From Octopus sinensis (Eukaryota): a stretch of 64,000 nt of DNA. Below the pieces are notes generated by a model. That model searched no databases. It was given only the letters and a program-made list of their open reading frames with translations, and had not been told where the DNA came from. Both the position numbers and the translations under genes were made by a program. The DNA lies in NCBI RefSeq assembly GCF_006345805.1, contig NC_042997.1, positions 50,778,001 to 50,842,000 of the forward strand, in the 5' to 3' direction. Below, one piece after another: positions 1 through 13,140 of the stretch. Within the stretch, counting starts at the first letter, position 1; the number at the start of each line of letters is the position of its first letter.

Positions 1-133
1 ACAAAATAGGTTCAATACGCTCCGGAATTGTCAAAGACATGCTCCAATTCTTTCTAAAATTGAATAAAATAAATAATATATTGATGAATACACACGTCCT
101 TGTACATGATGAGCAAAATCAATAACAACAACA

Positions 134-216
134 ATGATGATGACGATGATGATGATGATGATGATGATGATGACGATGATGACGATGATGACGATGATGA
201 CGATGATGATGATGAC

Positions 217-262
<46 letters not shown>

Positions 263-312
263 ATGATGACGATGATGATGATGATGACGATGATGATGAT
301 GATGATGACGAC

Positions 313-344
<32 letters not shown>
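134..344. repeat. (GAT)n microsatellite with GAC variants
   Basis: Direct reading; explains the poly-D, poly-M and poly-I ORFs. Confidence 0.98.
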
Positions 345-347
<3 letters not shown>

Positions 348-412
348 CTTTATTAACCACAAGGGTTTGCATTAACAAAAACATTACGGACAGCACAGGG
401 CGAAACAAAGAA
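345..412 (-). mobile_element. Short Tx1-like LINE 3' tail abutting (ATC)n
   Basis: Minus strand reads ...cccttgtggttaataaagaaatcatcat, resembling the LINE 3' ends at 37160 and 38570 (ccctgtgtggytaataaa). Confidence 0.5.
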
Positions 413-665
413 TGTGTGTGTGCGTGTGTGTGCGTGTGTGTGAGTGTGTGTGCGTGTGTGTGAGTGTGTGTTAATGTGAGGGTTCCTATAATATTAACAT
501 AATATAAATAAAAACGTGAAGTGCTTTGGTTCGTGACTTTTGGCCCACCCTGTATATACGTATGAGCATACACGTGTATGTGTGTGAATAAACGTGTATC
601 TATGCATGTATTCAGAAATATTAAATTTCTAAATCTCTCATAGAGATATGCACGGTGGTGGGGCG

Positions 666-887
666 ATAGAATGGTTGTATATTGTCAATCTAACGTGAAC
701 GTGACAGTAGGGGGTTACACCACCGCTGTTTAGCCCTAGGAAGCATCGACGCATCCTGATGGCTTCGACACAAAAAAAAATGTGTCGAAGCCATCAGGAA
801 GCGTCGATGCTTCCTAGGGCTAAACAGCGGTGGTGTAACCCCCTACTGTCACGTTCACGTTAGATTGACAGTATACAACCATTCTAT
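666..887. repeat. Near-perfect inverted repeat, 107-bp arms, A8 loop
   Basis: 666-772 is the reverse complement of 781-887 with 2 mismatches; 14-bp direct repeat tctatgcatgtatt at 599-612 and 883-896. Confidence 0.95.
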
Positions 888-1286
888 GCATGTATTGATA
901 TACACATATATACACACATGCGTATATAAATACATGAGTGTGTGTGTATGTATATCTTAGAGAGAGAGAAAGGAGGAAGAGAGAGAGAGGGAAGAGATAG
1001 AGGGGGAGAGAGGGAAAGAGAGAGTGTGATAGAGAAGGCGAAGTAGGAAGAGAAGATGAGACATTGACCGTATCATCAATGACAAATCTTTGGAGGAAGG
1101 TGAAGAAATAAGAGGTTAACAAAGGACATTCGTTTGACAGACTTCAACAGAAAAGAGGTGGGATAAGACATAAATACATGCATACATATATGTATATATA
1201 TGTGTGTGTGTATGTGCGTGTGTGTGTGTATGTGTGTGTATATATATACTTATATATATATACATATGTGTGAGTGTATATATATC

Positions 1287-1472
1287 TCTTTTTTCATTTG
1301 GCTGCGGCCATGCTGGAGCACCACCTTTAGTCGAGCAAATCGAGCCCAGGACTTCTTCTTTGTAAGCCTAGTACTTATTCTATCGGTCTCTTTTGCCGAA
1401 CCGCTAAGTTACAGGAGCGTAAACACACCAGCATCGGTTGTCAAGCGATGTTGGAGGGTGGGACAAACACAG

Positions 1473-1511
<39 letters not shown>

Positions 1512-1649
1512 TATATACGACGGGCTTCTTTTCAGTTTCCGTCAACCAAATACACTCACGAGGCTTTGGTCGGCTCGAGGCTATAGTAGAAAACACTTGC
1601 CCAAGGTGCCATGTAGTGGGACTGAACCCGGAAAGCCACTCCTGCGCCT
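1287..1649 (-). mobile_element. tRNA-derived CORE-like SINE (family S1), internal deletion in head
   Basis: Matches copies at 18309, 54700 and 60004; ccttgggcaagtg CORE-like motif; internal (CA)n. Confidence 0.9.
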
Positions 1650-1708
1650 ATGCATAAATACATCCACACGCACACATACACGCACACAAACATATATAGA
1701 TGCATACA

Positions 1709-1740
<32 letters not shown>

Positions 1741-1960
1741 CAGACGGATGTATATGAATATAGATTGAGAAAGTTTAACTTATATATGCATGCATACACA
1801 TGAATATTATGCATACATATGCGTTGCATGCATCCATATGCAAGCATATATTTATGCATATATATACATGCATATGTGTATATATACTGCATACACGCAC
1901 ACACAGAGACATAGTTAGGAAAGGCATAGAGGGACGAGATTGAAGGAAAATTGAAATAGA

Positions 1961-2004
<44 letters not shown>

Positions 2005-2275
2005 TGTGTGTGCGCGTGTGTGTGCGCGGGCGTGTGTGTGTACACATTTGTATTTGTTGCTATGTGCATATCTTTGTACACCTCCGTGTCACAAATTGAA
2101 TGACAGATCGTAACAGACTGAAAATGAACTTAAAATGGAAGACAGCTAAAAGGACATAGCAATATCTAGATTGCTAAACTGAGAGAGGGGGAAGAGAGAG
2201 GTAGGAGGAGAGAGAAATAGAGACACAGAAACAGAGAGAAATGAAATGAGGGAGTATGAGCGATTAAACAGCCAA

Positions 2276-2302
2276 ATAGATAGATAGATAGATAGATAGA
2301 TC

Positions 2303-2364
<62 letters not shown>

Positions 2365-2369
2365 CAGAC

Positions 2370-2426
<57 letters not shown>
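2276..2426. repeat. (GATA)n microsatellite
   Basis: Direct reading. Confidence 0.98.
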
Positions 2427-3016
2427 TTCACACACATACGCGCACACACAAACTCACACATACACATTGGTGAAAGAGAGAGAGAAATAAAGAAGGATAA
2501 AGTGAAAGGACTTTGAAAAGATAGAGGAAAGAAAAAGGATTATTCAATGAATGAATCAATGAATGGAGGAAGGAAGGAAGGAAGGAAGGAAACACAAATG
2601 GAAGAAATCGGGTGGAGAAGAGGCGCGGGAATTTGACAAATGTGTGTCTATGTGTGTGTGTGAGAGAGAGAGAGAGAGGGAGAGAGAGACTACCTTTATG
2701 TGTGTATTTCTGTGAGAGACTGCCAGTGTATGTGTGAACTGTGTGTGTGTGAGCGTGTGCGTGTGAGCGTGTGCATGTGTGCGTGTGTGTGTGTGTTGTG
2801 TGTACAGCTGTTCGATAAGCGGAATGATGAAATAATGTATTTGTTTCAAGGAAAAGAGAGTGAGAGAGTGGAGAGCAAGAAGAGATGGGGATGGCTATTG
2901 AATGGAGAGCTTAACCTGTAAACGAAGCAATAATAAAACAGGCCTACTTGTTGATATGAACAGAGAAATTGTTGAGACGGAGAGAAACTGGTGGCGGTTG
3001 GAGTAACGCTTACGAT

Positions 3017-3090
3017 TCACGTGACGTCAAACTCAACTGATGACATCAGCAAAGTCTTGTGACGTAAACAAACTACTGCACCAATCAGAA
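3017..3090. promoter_or_regulatory. Cluster of E-box, CRE/ATF, forkhead and CCAAT motifs (candidate promoter or enhancer)
   Basis: TCACGTGA 3017-3024 overlapping TGACGTCA 3022-3029, ATGACATCA ~3040, TGACGTAA 3060, GTAAACA 3064, CCAATCAG 3081, in sequence not repeated in this window. Confidence 0.45.
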
Positions 3091-3205
3091 TAGCTACAGC
3101 AATGATTATCCTCCGGTACCTTCCTACTACAACCATAGTGTTGTGTTATTTTTGGAAATTGAATATCTTTTATCTTCAAATTAGGATATATTTGTTGCTG
3201 CTCAG

Positions 3206-3274
3206 GTGCTGCCGCTGACGTTGTTGCTGCAGCTACTGATGCTGTTGCCGCTGTTGCTACTACTGCTACTACTT

Positions 3275-3327
<53 letters not shown>

Positions 3328-3340
3328 ACTACTACTACTT
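3206..3340. repeat. (CTG)n/(CTA)n compound microsatellite
   Basis: Direct reading. Confidence 0.9.
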
Positions 3341-3348
3341 ATGATGAT

Positions 3349-3680
3349 TTCTAATTTAGGCACAAGGCCTACAATTTTGAGGGGAGGGGCAGTAGTCGAT
3401 ACCACCGACTCTAGTGTTTGAGCAGTGGTTTATTTTATTGACTCCAAACGGAGGAAAAGCAAATTGACTTCGGCGGAATTTGAACTCAAAACGTAAAGAT
3501 GCTGAAGAAATGCCACTGGACATTTTGTTCAATGCGCTAACAGTTCTGCCAGCTCGTCACTTAGCCAGTTTCAAAGGGACGGGGTGCGATAGTCGATTAC
3601 ATCAACCCCAGGGCTTAACTTACTTTAACGACCCCCGAAAGGATAAAAGGCGAAATTGATCTCGGCGGAATTTGAACATA
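3349..3680 (-). mobile_element. Meta-domain-like tRNA SINE (family S2): one diverged copy plus adjacent partial copy
   Basis: Similar to 20798-21015 (ttcggcggaatttgaactc B-box region, aggcacaaggcc tail). Confidence 0.8.
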
Positions 3681-3719
3681 ACTAGCAGGAAGAACTACCG
3701 AATATAATCCACTTGGTTT

Positions 3720-4786
3720 CTGTGCATATATTAATTCAAATCTCTCCGTTACCTATTCTTTTACCTGAGTATTAGCTATCTGGTTATTAGATTTCCACTT
3801 ACTCGGACTCAAAATATCCTTACTCTACTCTCTTCTCCAAAATACATGTGCTCCTTCCACTAGTCTTAGAATTCCTCCTCAGAACCACCAGCAACTGTTC
3901 TTGCATCGAGAAAATCTGCTTCTCTTCACCTTTCTTTGAAGTTCTCCACTGTAAATTCAACGCTAAAACTCATTTGGGTACTTGCATTCATCCCATACTG
4001 CTGCCACTGGTGACAGCAGTATCAGATGAGTTGCAATCCTCAGCTCTTTACATCACCTACTCCTATACGCATCCATGACGCCACACAGATCTTTCAAACA
4101 CAGTTGATCTCTTTCTCACTTTCAAATTCAACTCCAGAATTCTCGCTATCTTTGCATCTATCTCGCCGTCCGACCTCTGCTTTATCACCACTATGTACTG
4201 CGCATCCATATACTACACAGCGCTATCCACCTCACGAACTTCAAATCAGCTAACTTGTCAGAGATCTGCCAGTTTTATGCTAAATATCAGCGATTATACT
4301 TTTCACATTGACCTATCAGAAAACACTAAACAGGTGACAGATACAGCATTCTATAGTTATGTCTTCTCATGCATCCCTACAAATCGAATGGCCTTTAGCT
4401 CCAGAAAATTCCTCGTGAAGACTGAAAGAAGCCTCTCACAGCCCGTAATCACTTCCGCTTCCCAAAATGTACTAGATTCTATTGGTCCTTTGCCAAAACA
4501 ATATCTACCAGTTTTCGGAACCCTCCTTTATTCCACTTTCCAACCATGTAAGCGGCATTCACAGAAAAAGTAGAGAAAGCAACACAATACCAATTGATAA
4601 ATGCTGCACATCTGCTGTTCGCTTTGCATCCAACTTCAAAGTAAATTCGTCCAAAACATATTCCTTATCACTCCGGCAAGCTTATCATCGTATGCTCTTA
4701 CATGCCAACTACAAAAGCAGCTTCAGTCGACTCAAACTATTAAGGCTAACGCACTACGTCGAACTTTCCAACCCTCTTTTCCCCCT

Positions 4787-4817
<31 letters not shown>

Positions 4818-6100
4818 CTTTATCTATCTATAGATAAATAGACTAATGTGTATTTATGTGTGTGTGTGTGTTGTGTGTGTGTGTGTGTGTGTGTGTGTTA
4901 CGGAGGCATATTTCCATCTTTGGAACTCTCTGCAGTCTCTTCCATTCTTAAGGACAAACATTCTAACTCTAATTCTATTACCATCATTCCCAATATCTTA
5001 AAAGTGACGGAGGCCATCATGTACGGCAATGAATTTCTCTCGTATCCTTTTCTCTTACGGTTTTCGTAAAGCCATATCTACTAGAGATCTAATATCCTAC
5101 TTGCTACACCAAGAGGCCATCGAGAGATTTGGTGATACCTCTGTTTTGACACTTAATATCAGCAAGACATTCGAACGTGTCTAGCATACGATTTTCTTAA
5201 TATTCTGTTACAACTGCTCTCCTGCAATCTCCACCAGTCTCTATTTTTTCTAGAAAGATAGCTTCCTTTCGGCTCATACCAATGCGATGCGCACTAAAGA
5301 ACTATGATGTGCCATAATGATCGATTTTGTACCCCTAAAACCATCTACATCATTTACCTAGTCACCGTCACCTTCAAAAAGCGCTTAATCTTGCACAGAT
5401 GAACCATCTCTCATTCATCTTAGACTTCCGCACCAGAATGTAATCTATATTTATGTTCATAACAAACCTGTACTGACTATGTGAACAGAGATCTTAAAAA
5501 TATACCACTCCTGTCTATTTCAGCAGCACAAAACTGTAGTCATTACAATCACTACACATATTAAGAAATCATTGAAGCAGCAACCCTTACCAACAGCAGT
5601 ACGGAAAGTAGAATCCACAATCACTACAAATGCAAGGCCTCACCATTCCTGAAGATCTCTCCTGGTGAACACATATCCTCCTCATAACAAAAACTGTTTC
5701 ATAATAATTGGCTTTGTTCTTCAATCCAGAAAATACTTCAAGTCCGAACAACTACTAACCCTCTACGAAGCTGAGGTGAAAACTCAATGTAGATTATTGC
5801 ACCCTTGTCTGGAAAGACACTTGAAGTATTTTCAAGATATCGTCCACCAGTACAGCGTCAGGAGCAGCAATTCCTCACACTGTCTTTTCTTCCACTACTA
5901 CAGTAGCCTCCTGCTCCTCGAATGTGATTCGTCTCTTATTACAACACATACCATTCCCTAGTACCTCCACTGACTAGAATGTTGCACATATTGAATTTTT
6001 TCTTGCTGATATGTTTTTTCCTGCAATCGTCGACTTGCAACTGTTGTCTCAAAGGATCTGACAAAGCCATGGATACATCTTCTTTCAGACCAAATCAATA
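3720..6100 (+). pseudogene. Heavily decayed CR1/L2-group LINE (endonuclease + RT remnants)
   Basis: Residual motifs LNISKTFERV*H (~5155-5190, cf. DISKAFDRVWH) and SRKYFKSEQLLTLYEAEVK (~5720-5785); many stops. Confidence 0.65.
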
Positions 6101-7619
6101 ATTGTAGTTAGAGGGTATTATAATCCTTTTATCTTCTCACTTTCACATGCAAAAAAGCTCTGTAGTTTTGCGTAGATACGTTTTCTACTCGTGTTTAAAA
6201 CTAAATGGCGCGTTCGTTTAATGTGGCGGAGATATTTTTTAAGGGACAAATTATTTAAGTGGTAGACTTTCCGTTCGTAGATTGTTCCAATAGAAAAAAT
6301 CAACTTTTTTTCAATAGGTTTGGCATCTGATTAGTCTTTTCACGATTCGGGAGGAAGACTCGTAAATCAAGTAGACTCCTCTAGATATGAGTCTGCTGAA
6401 GCTCATCCCTGCCTGTTTTACTAGTAAACAAAGAGACATGATATTTGATTATTATTGTCTTTCTCTGTAGTAAATTACACTAAACTATGTAGTCTACATA
6501 ATTCTATTATCCTGGCTATGTCATGGATTTAAGGCATCAGCCAGTCATTTGACTAAATCAGGCGTGCATTCATCAGTGATAAGTTGTATAAGAGTTTCAA
6601 ATGGATGCCAGTCATTATTGAAGATAATGTGAATTCATATTCATCCCTTGTGTTATTTTCTATTTTAATGGTTTATTCAGAGGAGGCTTACTATAATAGT
6701 AAGCAGCAAGTCAAGCTATCGAGTTAACCTCGAATCAAAAGCCTAGCCAGAATCCTTTCAACAGAGTTGACTCCACTAAAGGCACCCAACACCTTGTGGT
6801 TGTGTTAAACTGGGTTGTGTTAGATGGTTATTAGTTTGCGGCAAATACTCATCTAACAGGCTCTTGCCTAGTTGCCTTCTCTGCAATTTCACTCACAATG
6901 TTTCAGTCAGCACGAAATTATGGTTGAAGACACTAACCTAAAATGTCACATAGCTGCATTGAAATTCCAAGATTGTGAAGTGAAATTCTTAGCCATACGG
7001 CCAATCCTGTACGTATCAAGGCGACCGTATTTACGTATAGCGTTGATTAAAATCACAATTTACAAGCCTTTTACTAAAATTATTTCGATAATTTAAGCAG
7101 TCACGTAGTAGATACAAACGTTGAAATCTAGCTTCATAAGGAAAGAAGGTCCTGGGTAAAAACTTGGCGAAAATATATTTATATATGTATTAATCAGGGA
7201 CACGAAGACGATCAGACAATATGCCAACGAATACACACAGCGAAACACAAGAGACTGTGAAAATAGACTGAAAAGTTCATACTTGTTGCTATTTATTTTA
7301 TATATCTTGAATCGATGAAAACTGAAGCCTTACTCGAATGAAGAAATGTCAAATCAAATATTATAAAACTTACAGTCTGGTTGCCATTGCCAACGTCTCT
7401 ATCGGTTAAGTACCATTCACTTCTAGCCTGACATTTTAATAAATGATATATTGCATTTGGCTTCCAGAACCTCAGGCTATTTTCTAATCTAATAGCACTC
7501 ACTTGATTAATGAATGTGTCTGTGTAATTAGTTCCCACAACACATTTAAGCAAGGCGTTGTTGATAAAAAAAATATTACCGAAGGTAGGCAGATAGTCTC
7601 GAATATATTTTTATTAATT

Positions 7620-10470
7620 AGTTGGAGGAGGAGTGGCAGTTTTATGACCTTTACATATCCTCCTAGACTGATAAGATCGATTGATGTTCAGTTTGAACTG
7701 CAATAGGTCGACTCCTATAGAAAAAGAACATGGGGCAGAAGTTCCAGGTGTATGCAATTTAGAAGAATAATTGTGCAAAATGTTTAGTGCAGGGACTGGG
7801 TGGAAGGAAACAGTAGGAATGGTGAGAGGTGAAGTAGTTGCTGTATTTATGAGGAGGTGGTGAGTAGCTCGTTTGTTCAGATCAGTAGATGTCGATGCAG
7901 TAAGGGTAGAAAAAGACAGATACGTCGCATCAGTCAGTGAGTTAGTGGTTGTAGTGCGTTGGTGAATGAGGCTTCCAATCAGATAAACGGATTTTTTAAA
8001 TCTTTATATATAAAAGTGAAGTTGTGTGTCTGTCTCCTACGATTTAGATTCCTAACTACTCCCACATTTTGCGGTGCAGTTTAACCAAAAGCGAGTATCT
8101 TATAGTCGTGATTCATATCGAGCCCTTCTGGGTATTAGCGCGCGTCTACGATGAGTCTACGATTTAAAAAAAAAATTACCATCATTTTTTCCCATTTTTA
8201 ATGCATTTTTTTGCTATTATATAAGGGAAGTAACTCTCTAAAAATGCTTATATATAGAGAATACCAAACGAGTTCCCTATGGATACCGTATTTATTACAC
8301 ACGAATAAACGACCATATTTTATTAACCCAATAACTAAATTCTTCAAGTTTAGTTGTAACTTATGAATGACAAAAGTAGTGCCGTCACCGTGAGCTCGGG
8401 TCATCCCCATGTATTGGCCAATCAGAAGCATCGCTGTCACCGTGACCTCGGGTCATCACCATGGATTGACCAATCAGAAGGAGCGCTCGCAGTACCTGAC
8501 ATATGTTAGATACCAAAAATATCTCAAAGTGTTCTCACTCACATGTGTGTAATAAAGTTATTTCCCTTACAAACCCGAGCAACGCCGGGCGATACTGCTA
8601 GTAATGTATAAAATATTTGAGCATACAACAACAGCACCACCCCAGAAAAGTGAGCCCTACCAATATGAATCGTGTTTCAGCTTTGTAAAGAGTAAGAAAC
8701 TTATCTAGATTTTAGTGTCTTCTGACTCTAAAATGAAAATCTAATAATTTTCTGTATTGCTGTTGTTTTTGCAATGTTGTATATGTGGAGCCGCCATGAA
8801 CGTTAATGAGAGGATGTCAGACTTTGCATTTGTAGCAACTTTCAGGGATTTAATCATATGCTGTGCAGGACTATAGAGGGATTACTAGTGTTTGCTTGAT
8901 AAATATCGTGATGCTAGGTTACCATATCTCCATTGAAGATTATTCTCAAGGACACTGTAGACAGCACAGTCAAGAATGAAATATTTAGGTTGAATGTGGA
9001 TATGTGCAGATTATCAAAGCGGTGCCCTCTGTATAGGAAGATGTGTTGTTAGATGTGATAGCAGGTAAATCATTAATATTCAAAAGGAATGAGATGTAAG
9101 TGAACCTGCGGGTACCCCTGATTTATTAGAGAGAGTGGTATTAGTACAACATACTAAGTGTAAGGGATAAGAATCAGTTAGGTAAATTAGTTTAAACCTA
9201 CAAGTTATCATCTAATATTTCATCTAAAGTTGTGTTTACGTCAAGAGCAATAACATTGCTTTTTCTTAAGATCTAAGAGAGAAATATCGCTGGTAATCGG
9301 TGTATAAGGTCGAATGTTCACTATATTTGGCTGACCAGAAACCAGACAACAGCCAATTAAAGGAGCGATAGATTTAAAGTGTTGAAGGAGTTTGTAGTTT
9401 GTAAACATTTTGACATCTTTGAGATGTCGCAAGTTAAGGTAACAAGGTGACATTTGGCAGCGTCAGTGACTCTGCTTCAGAATAGGACAAAATATCATGT
9501 GATTCCATGCGCTGGAATATCTTGCAGGTGACAAAGAACAAATGAGAACAAGTTCTGAATCACATAGTTTGTTATTACCGGAAAGAGCACTATTAGAAAT
9601 TGCTGTTTTGTTGGGTCGAAGCAGAGATCATTTATGCATCGTGGTGACATAGAATGGAGACGTAGAGTCTGGGAAGAGGTTTTTTTTCTCTTTACTGAGT
9701 TAGAAGCAAAACATTCAGCAACTCTTGCGGTTTTATGAACAAGTCTGATACAGAGCTAGCTTGATTGAATATTGAGGGATGGAAATATTCTTCAAAATTG
9801 GTAAATACTTCTCTTGCAAGAAACCAGGAGCCCTAGTTGCAATTTATTCACAGTATGAAGTCGTCCTTTCCTTTCTTGGTGCTTTTGATGCAGATGTAAT
9901 GGAAGATATACTTTCAACTGGCGACCCTGGCTGATTTTTCATCATGGGATGAAGGTAATTTTCTTCCCATTCACAGCTACATGGCAGTTGCAAGTGAAGC
10001 ACCTAATGGTTCGGAGTTATATAATATGACAGTGTGAAAGATGTGAAGAGAATACCTACGGATAGTATCGATCACCTACTTAGTTGCTTTGTATGGTTCA
10101 GAGATGAGGCATATTTGCTGCTAAAAGTAGTCAGCATAAAACGGGTGAAGTTCCAACCAGTTCCCTATCGCAGAGTTTCAGAATGTGCGGTGGAAGAAAT
10201 TTGTCGTTCATGATGTTAGATGGGTTGTCTTGACGAGACGGCGGGTAAACGATGAATTACGGACAAAGTGGGAAAAACATATCAAGAGTTATTGCGGGGC
10301 GTTAGTGTGTAAGTCAGAGTATGTAAGTTAGAATACTAGCTGGGGCTGATAATTTAGATACAAGGTATGATACGGCCTCCACACCAGCAGGGAGAATTTG
10401 GGAGGAATGCAAGAAGAGGTGCTATGTGTTTTGAAATTCCTGGTGATGGTATCTTCAGACAGTCGTTAAT
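7620..10470 (-). pseudogene. Heavily decayed CR1/L2-group LINE interrupted by a Helitron
   Basis: Minus-strand LDKFLTLYKAETR motif near 8670-8710 resembles the plus-strand copy at 5760; boundaries approximate. Confidence 0.55.
8001..8601 (+). mobile_element. Non-autonomous Helitron
   Basis: Starts TC(tttatatataaaa), ends CTAG preceded by GC-rich hairpin cccgagc-aac-gccggg, inserted between A and T with no TSD. Confidence 0.9.
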
Positions 10471-11330
10471 TTAGAATTACTTACGTGAATGTCTACGACT
10501 GTCACTCGGAATTGAACATTATTTAGCAGCATATACCATGTTTTCTCTAACTATTTTAGTTGTCTATGTCGTAATTACAAGCCGACGTAAATATCCTCTT
10601 CTTCCCTCCCACCCTTAATTCAGCAGAGTATTCAAGATGCTTAAACTGGAGCTAGAAAGGTAAAAAGGGACGCACCAGTGCTCGACTGGTCGTCATTTTT
10701 ACTTAGACCAGAGAAGCGATAAATGTAGTTCCTGGCTTATGGATACAATTAACCAACCAGTACAGGAGTCGGAGCCATGAGCTTAACACCTTAATAATTA
10801 GGGCGAGTGCTTTCACTGCAAGAAGCAGGAATGTACATACATGAATTTTCACAAATTGGAAAAATCGATTAAACAATTACATAACCTCGATGATTGAAAC
10901 TTTTATGTAATAAACCGAAGTTGCCTAGAAAGAGATAAATTACGAGATTCCAGTATATTCCCAGCTGAAAGGTATTGTGATTGCTACACATGTATGGTTT
11001 GTATAATAAAAACAAGAATATAACATGCTTTAAGTATGTTTGTCCTTTTTTTACATGAAAGGTTGATTTGAATCAGCAGGAAATTTATTTGTTTAATGCA
11101 TTGGAAAATAATTACAGTTGACTTCTTCACTTTCAAATGATACATTTAACCGATCTACAATAATTTCTCTTAACGAGAAACAAATAAAACAAATTATTTC
11201 TTACTTACCGGATACAAAGTGGTTCGTTCGTTTATTCAAATATCTTTGTACAAGACTCAACAATGATAAATTAAAAAGACACATTCCTAGTTTGCACTGA
11301 CATTAAAACTTCGAATGTCATTATAACCAT

Positions 11331-11718
11331 AGGTGCAGGAGTGGCTGTGTGGTAAGTAGCTTGCTTACCAACCACATGTTTCCGTGGCATGTTGGGGAAG
11401 TGTCTTCTACTATAGCCTTGGGCCGACCAAAGCCTTGTGAGTGGATTTGGTAAACGGAAACTGAAAAGAAGCTTGTCGTGCATATGTATGTGTGTTTGTG
11501 TGTGTTTGTATGTCTGTGTTTGCCCCTCCCCCCTCAACATCGCTTGACAACCGATGCTGGTGTGTTTACGTCCCCGTAACTTAGCGGTTCGGCAATAGAG
11601 ACTGATAGAATAAGTACTAGGCTTACAAAGAATAAGTCCTGGGGTCGATTTGCTCGACTAAAGGCGGTGCTCCAGCATGTCCGCAGTCAAATGACTGAAA
11701 CGAGTAAAAGAGTAAAAT
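11331..11718 (+). mobile_element. SINE family S1
   Basis: A-box-like gtggctgtgtgg head, S1 body, tail cagtcaaatgactgaaacgagtaaaagag. Confidence 0.92.
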
Positions 11719-11729
11719 AGTATAGTTTC

Positions 11730-13140
11730 CATTGCATAAATAAACGCGTTCCAGCCACGACTGATTCACACAAGTCTGAAGAGCAAAATAGTTGTCAAAA
11801 TTCTCACAGCTGTTTTCTTCTAAGAATCTCACATTTCTCAAAGCTAGTTTAATGTCTGTTGTTGAGACATTGCACTACAACCACAATGCTACCGTTACAT
11901 TTCGTTCATGAACGAAGAAACCAGTTCATACGTTGGGATGTTGTAACAAGCATTCCAGATCATCATTTTAGGTCGCATACACTAGAAGCCGTTCTCTCAG
12001 TATCAACAGGAGTAGACACACATTCTTCAAAAGAGGTTGTATTTACAGTTATGAAACCAGTCATCTGGAAACAGCTGGTAATCGTCGAAGACTTAGGACA
12101 GGACGATAAATTTTCTAAGATGATTAGCTTCCCGTGATTTTGGTTTGGGGAGCAAAGTCATTTGCTTTCATTTCTGGTTGACTTTCATTGTTAAGAATTT
12201 TGCTTTTTATTTTTTCTTACATACAATATCTATATAGTGGTTTCAAAGCTTTTATGATGCTTTGATGACATGGTTGAATCAAAGATTATGTTTGATAGAA
12301 GTGGCATCTATTTACGACTTGTAACTGAAGGGTGAGTGGAACAATTTTTAACAGGCACTACAGAATTTCTTTTCTTCCGGATTATCTCACTGTTGAGTTA
12401 TCTCGGCCATGTAGTAAAAGCTTTCAAGTCATCAGTGGTTCTTGCGGTTTTTATAAGTTCTCCATCAATAATTTTGGTTTTGTCATTTTCTGACGTGCTG
12501 GAAATCCATAACTGTAACTCAAATCTTGCATTTTTTTCTTCCACCTATCTTATCCACTTTGGAGGATTTATCTTGAAAGGTTATACATTTAGAAGTCATA
12601 TGGGTTGTATATCTCTTTAATATCATGTCATGTAAGTTCACTTATCATTTATTCTCACCATCATGCTTCTCAGCAAAGTCATCCATTTATAATAAAGAAT
12701 TCCTTTAAGCCTAAATTTTCTAATTCATATATTACCTTCTGTAACAGCATTGATCCAAATATCGGGATACTTTTAAATTTGCATTGGTAAACTTTTAGTA
12801 TAATGCCCACACCCGTACGCCTTTTCTGCATATTTACCGTTTTACCGTATGGATTGGCATGAGACTAATAAGTTATTGTTATTCTGGTCTTTGAGACCAG
12901 TTTGGATTTGGAGGATTGGAAGTATTCCAATTTCCTCATTAACCAAGTCTAGTACATCTTCTGGTCACATTGAGTAATTGCTTCATACTGATCAACAATG
13001 ACAAGTTGTTTGTTCCCTTTTCGCTTCCATTCTTCTTTCTGTTGTCTTCTCTAAATCTCTCATCTCATAAATATACTTTTCACATCAATCCAAGCATCTT
13101 GTAAGGAACAAAAGATGACACATGAGTTTACTCTTTGCTC
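11730..13140 (-). pseudogene. Possible very old non-LTR retrotransposon remnant (R4/Dong-like)
   Basis: Only weak motifs: AWIDVK near 13080-13097 and SSCPK near 12095-12110; no sustained ORF. Confidence 0.25.

Noticed and set aside
31-573. Poly-D, poly-I, poly-M ORFs and the many MYVC/HTYI/IYLS ORFs throughout
   Set aside because: Translations of microsatellites lacking stop codons.
755-800. CTGATGG...GAAG near the palindrome centre as a hammerhead
   Set aside because: Core positions deviate and the pairing is simply the palindrome.
6118-6415. Possible minus-strand terminal exon
   Set aside because: Every frame hits a stop early and no recognisable protein motif.
11675-11715. S1 SINE tail agtc-aaat-gact-GAAAC-nn-GTA resembles a hammerhead 3' half
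   Set aside because: No CUGANGA core or stem I upstream; explained by homology to the CR1-group 3' UTR at 14138-14186.
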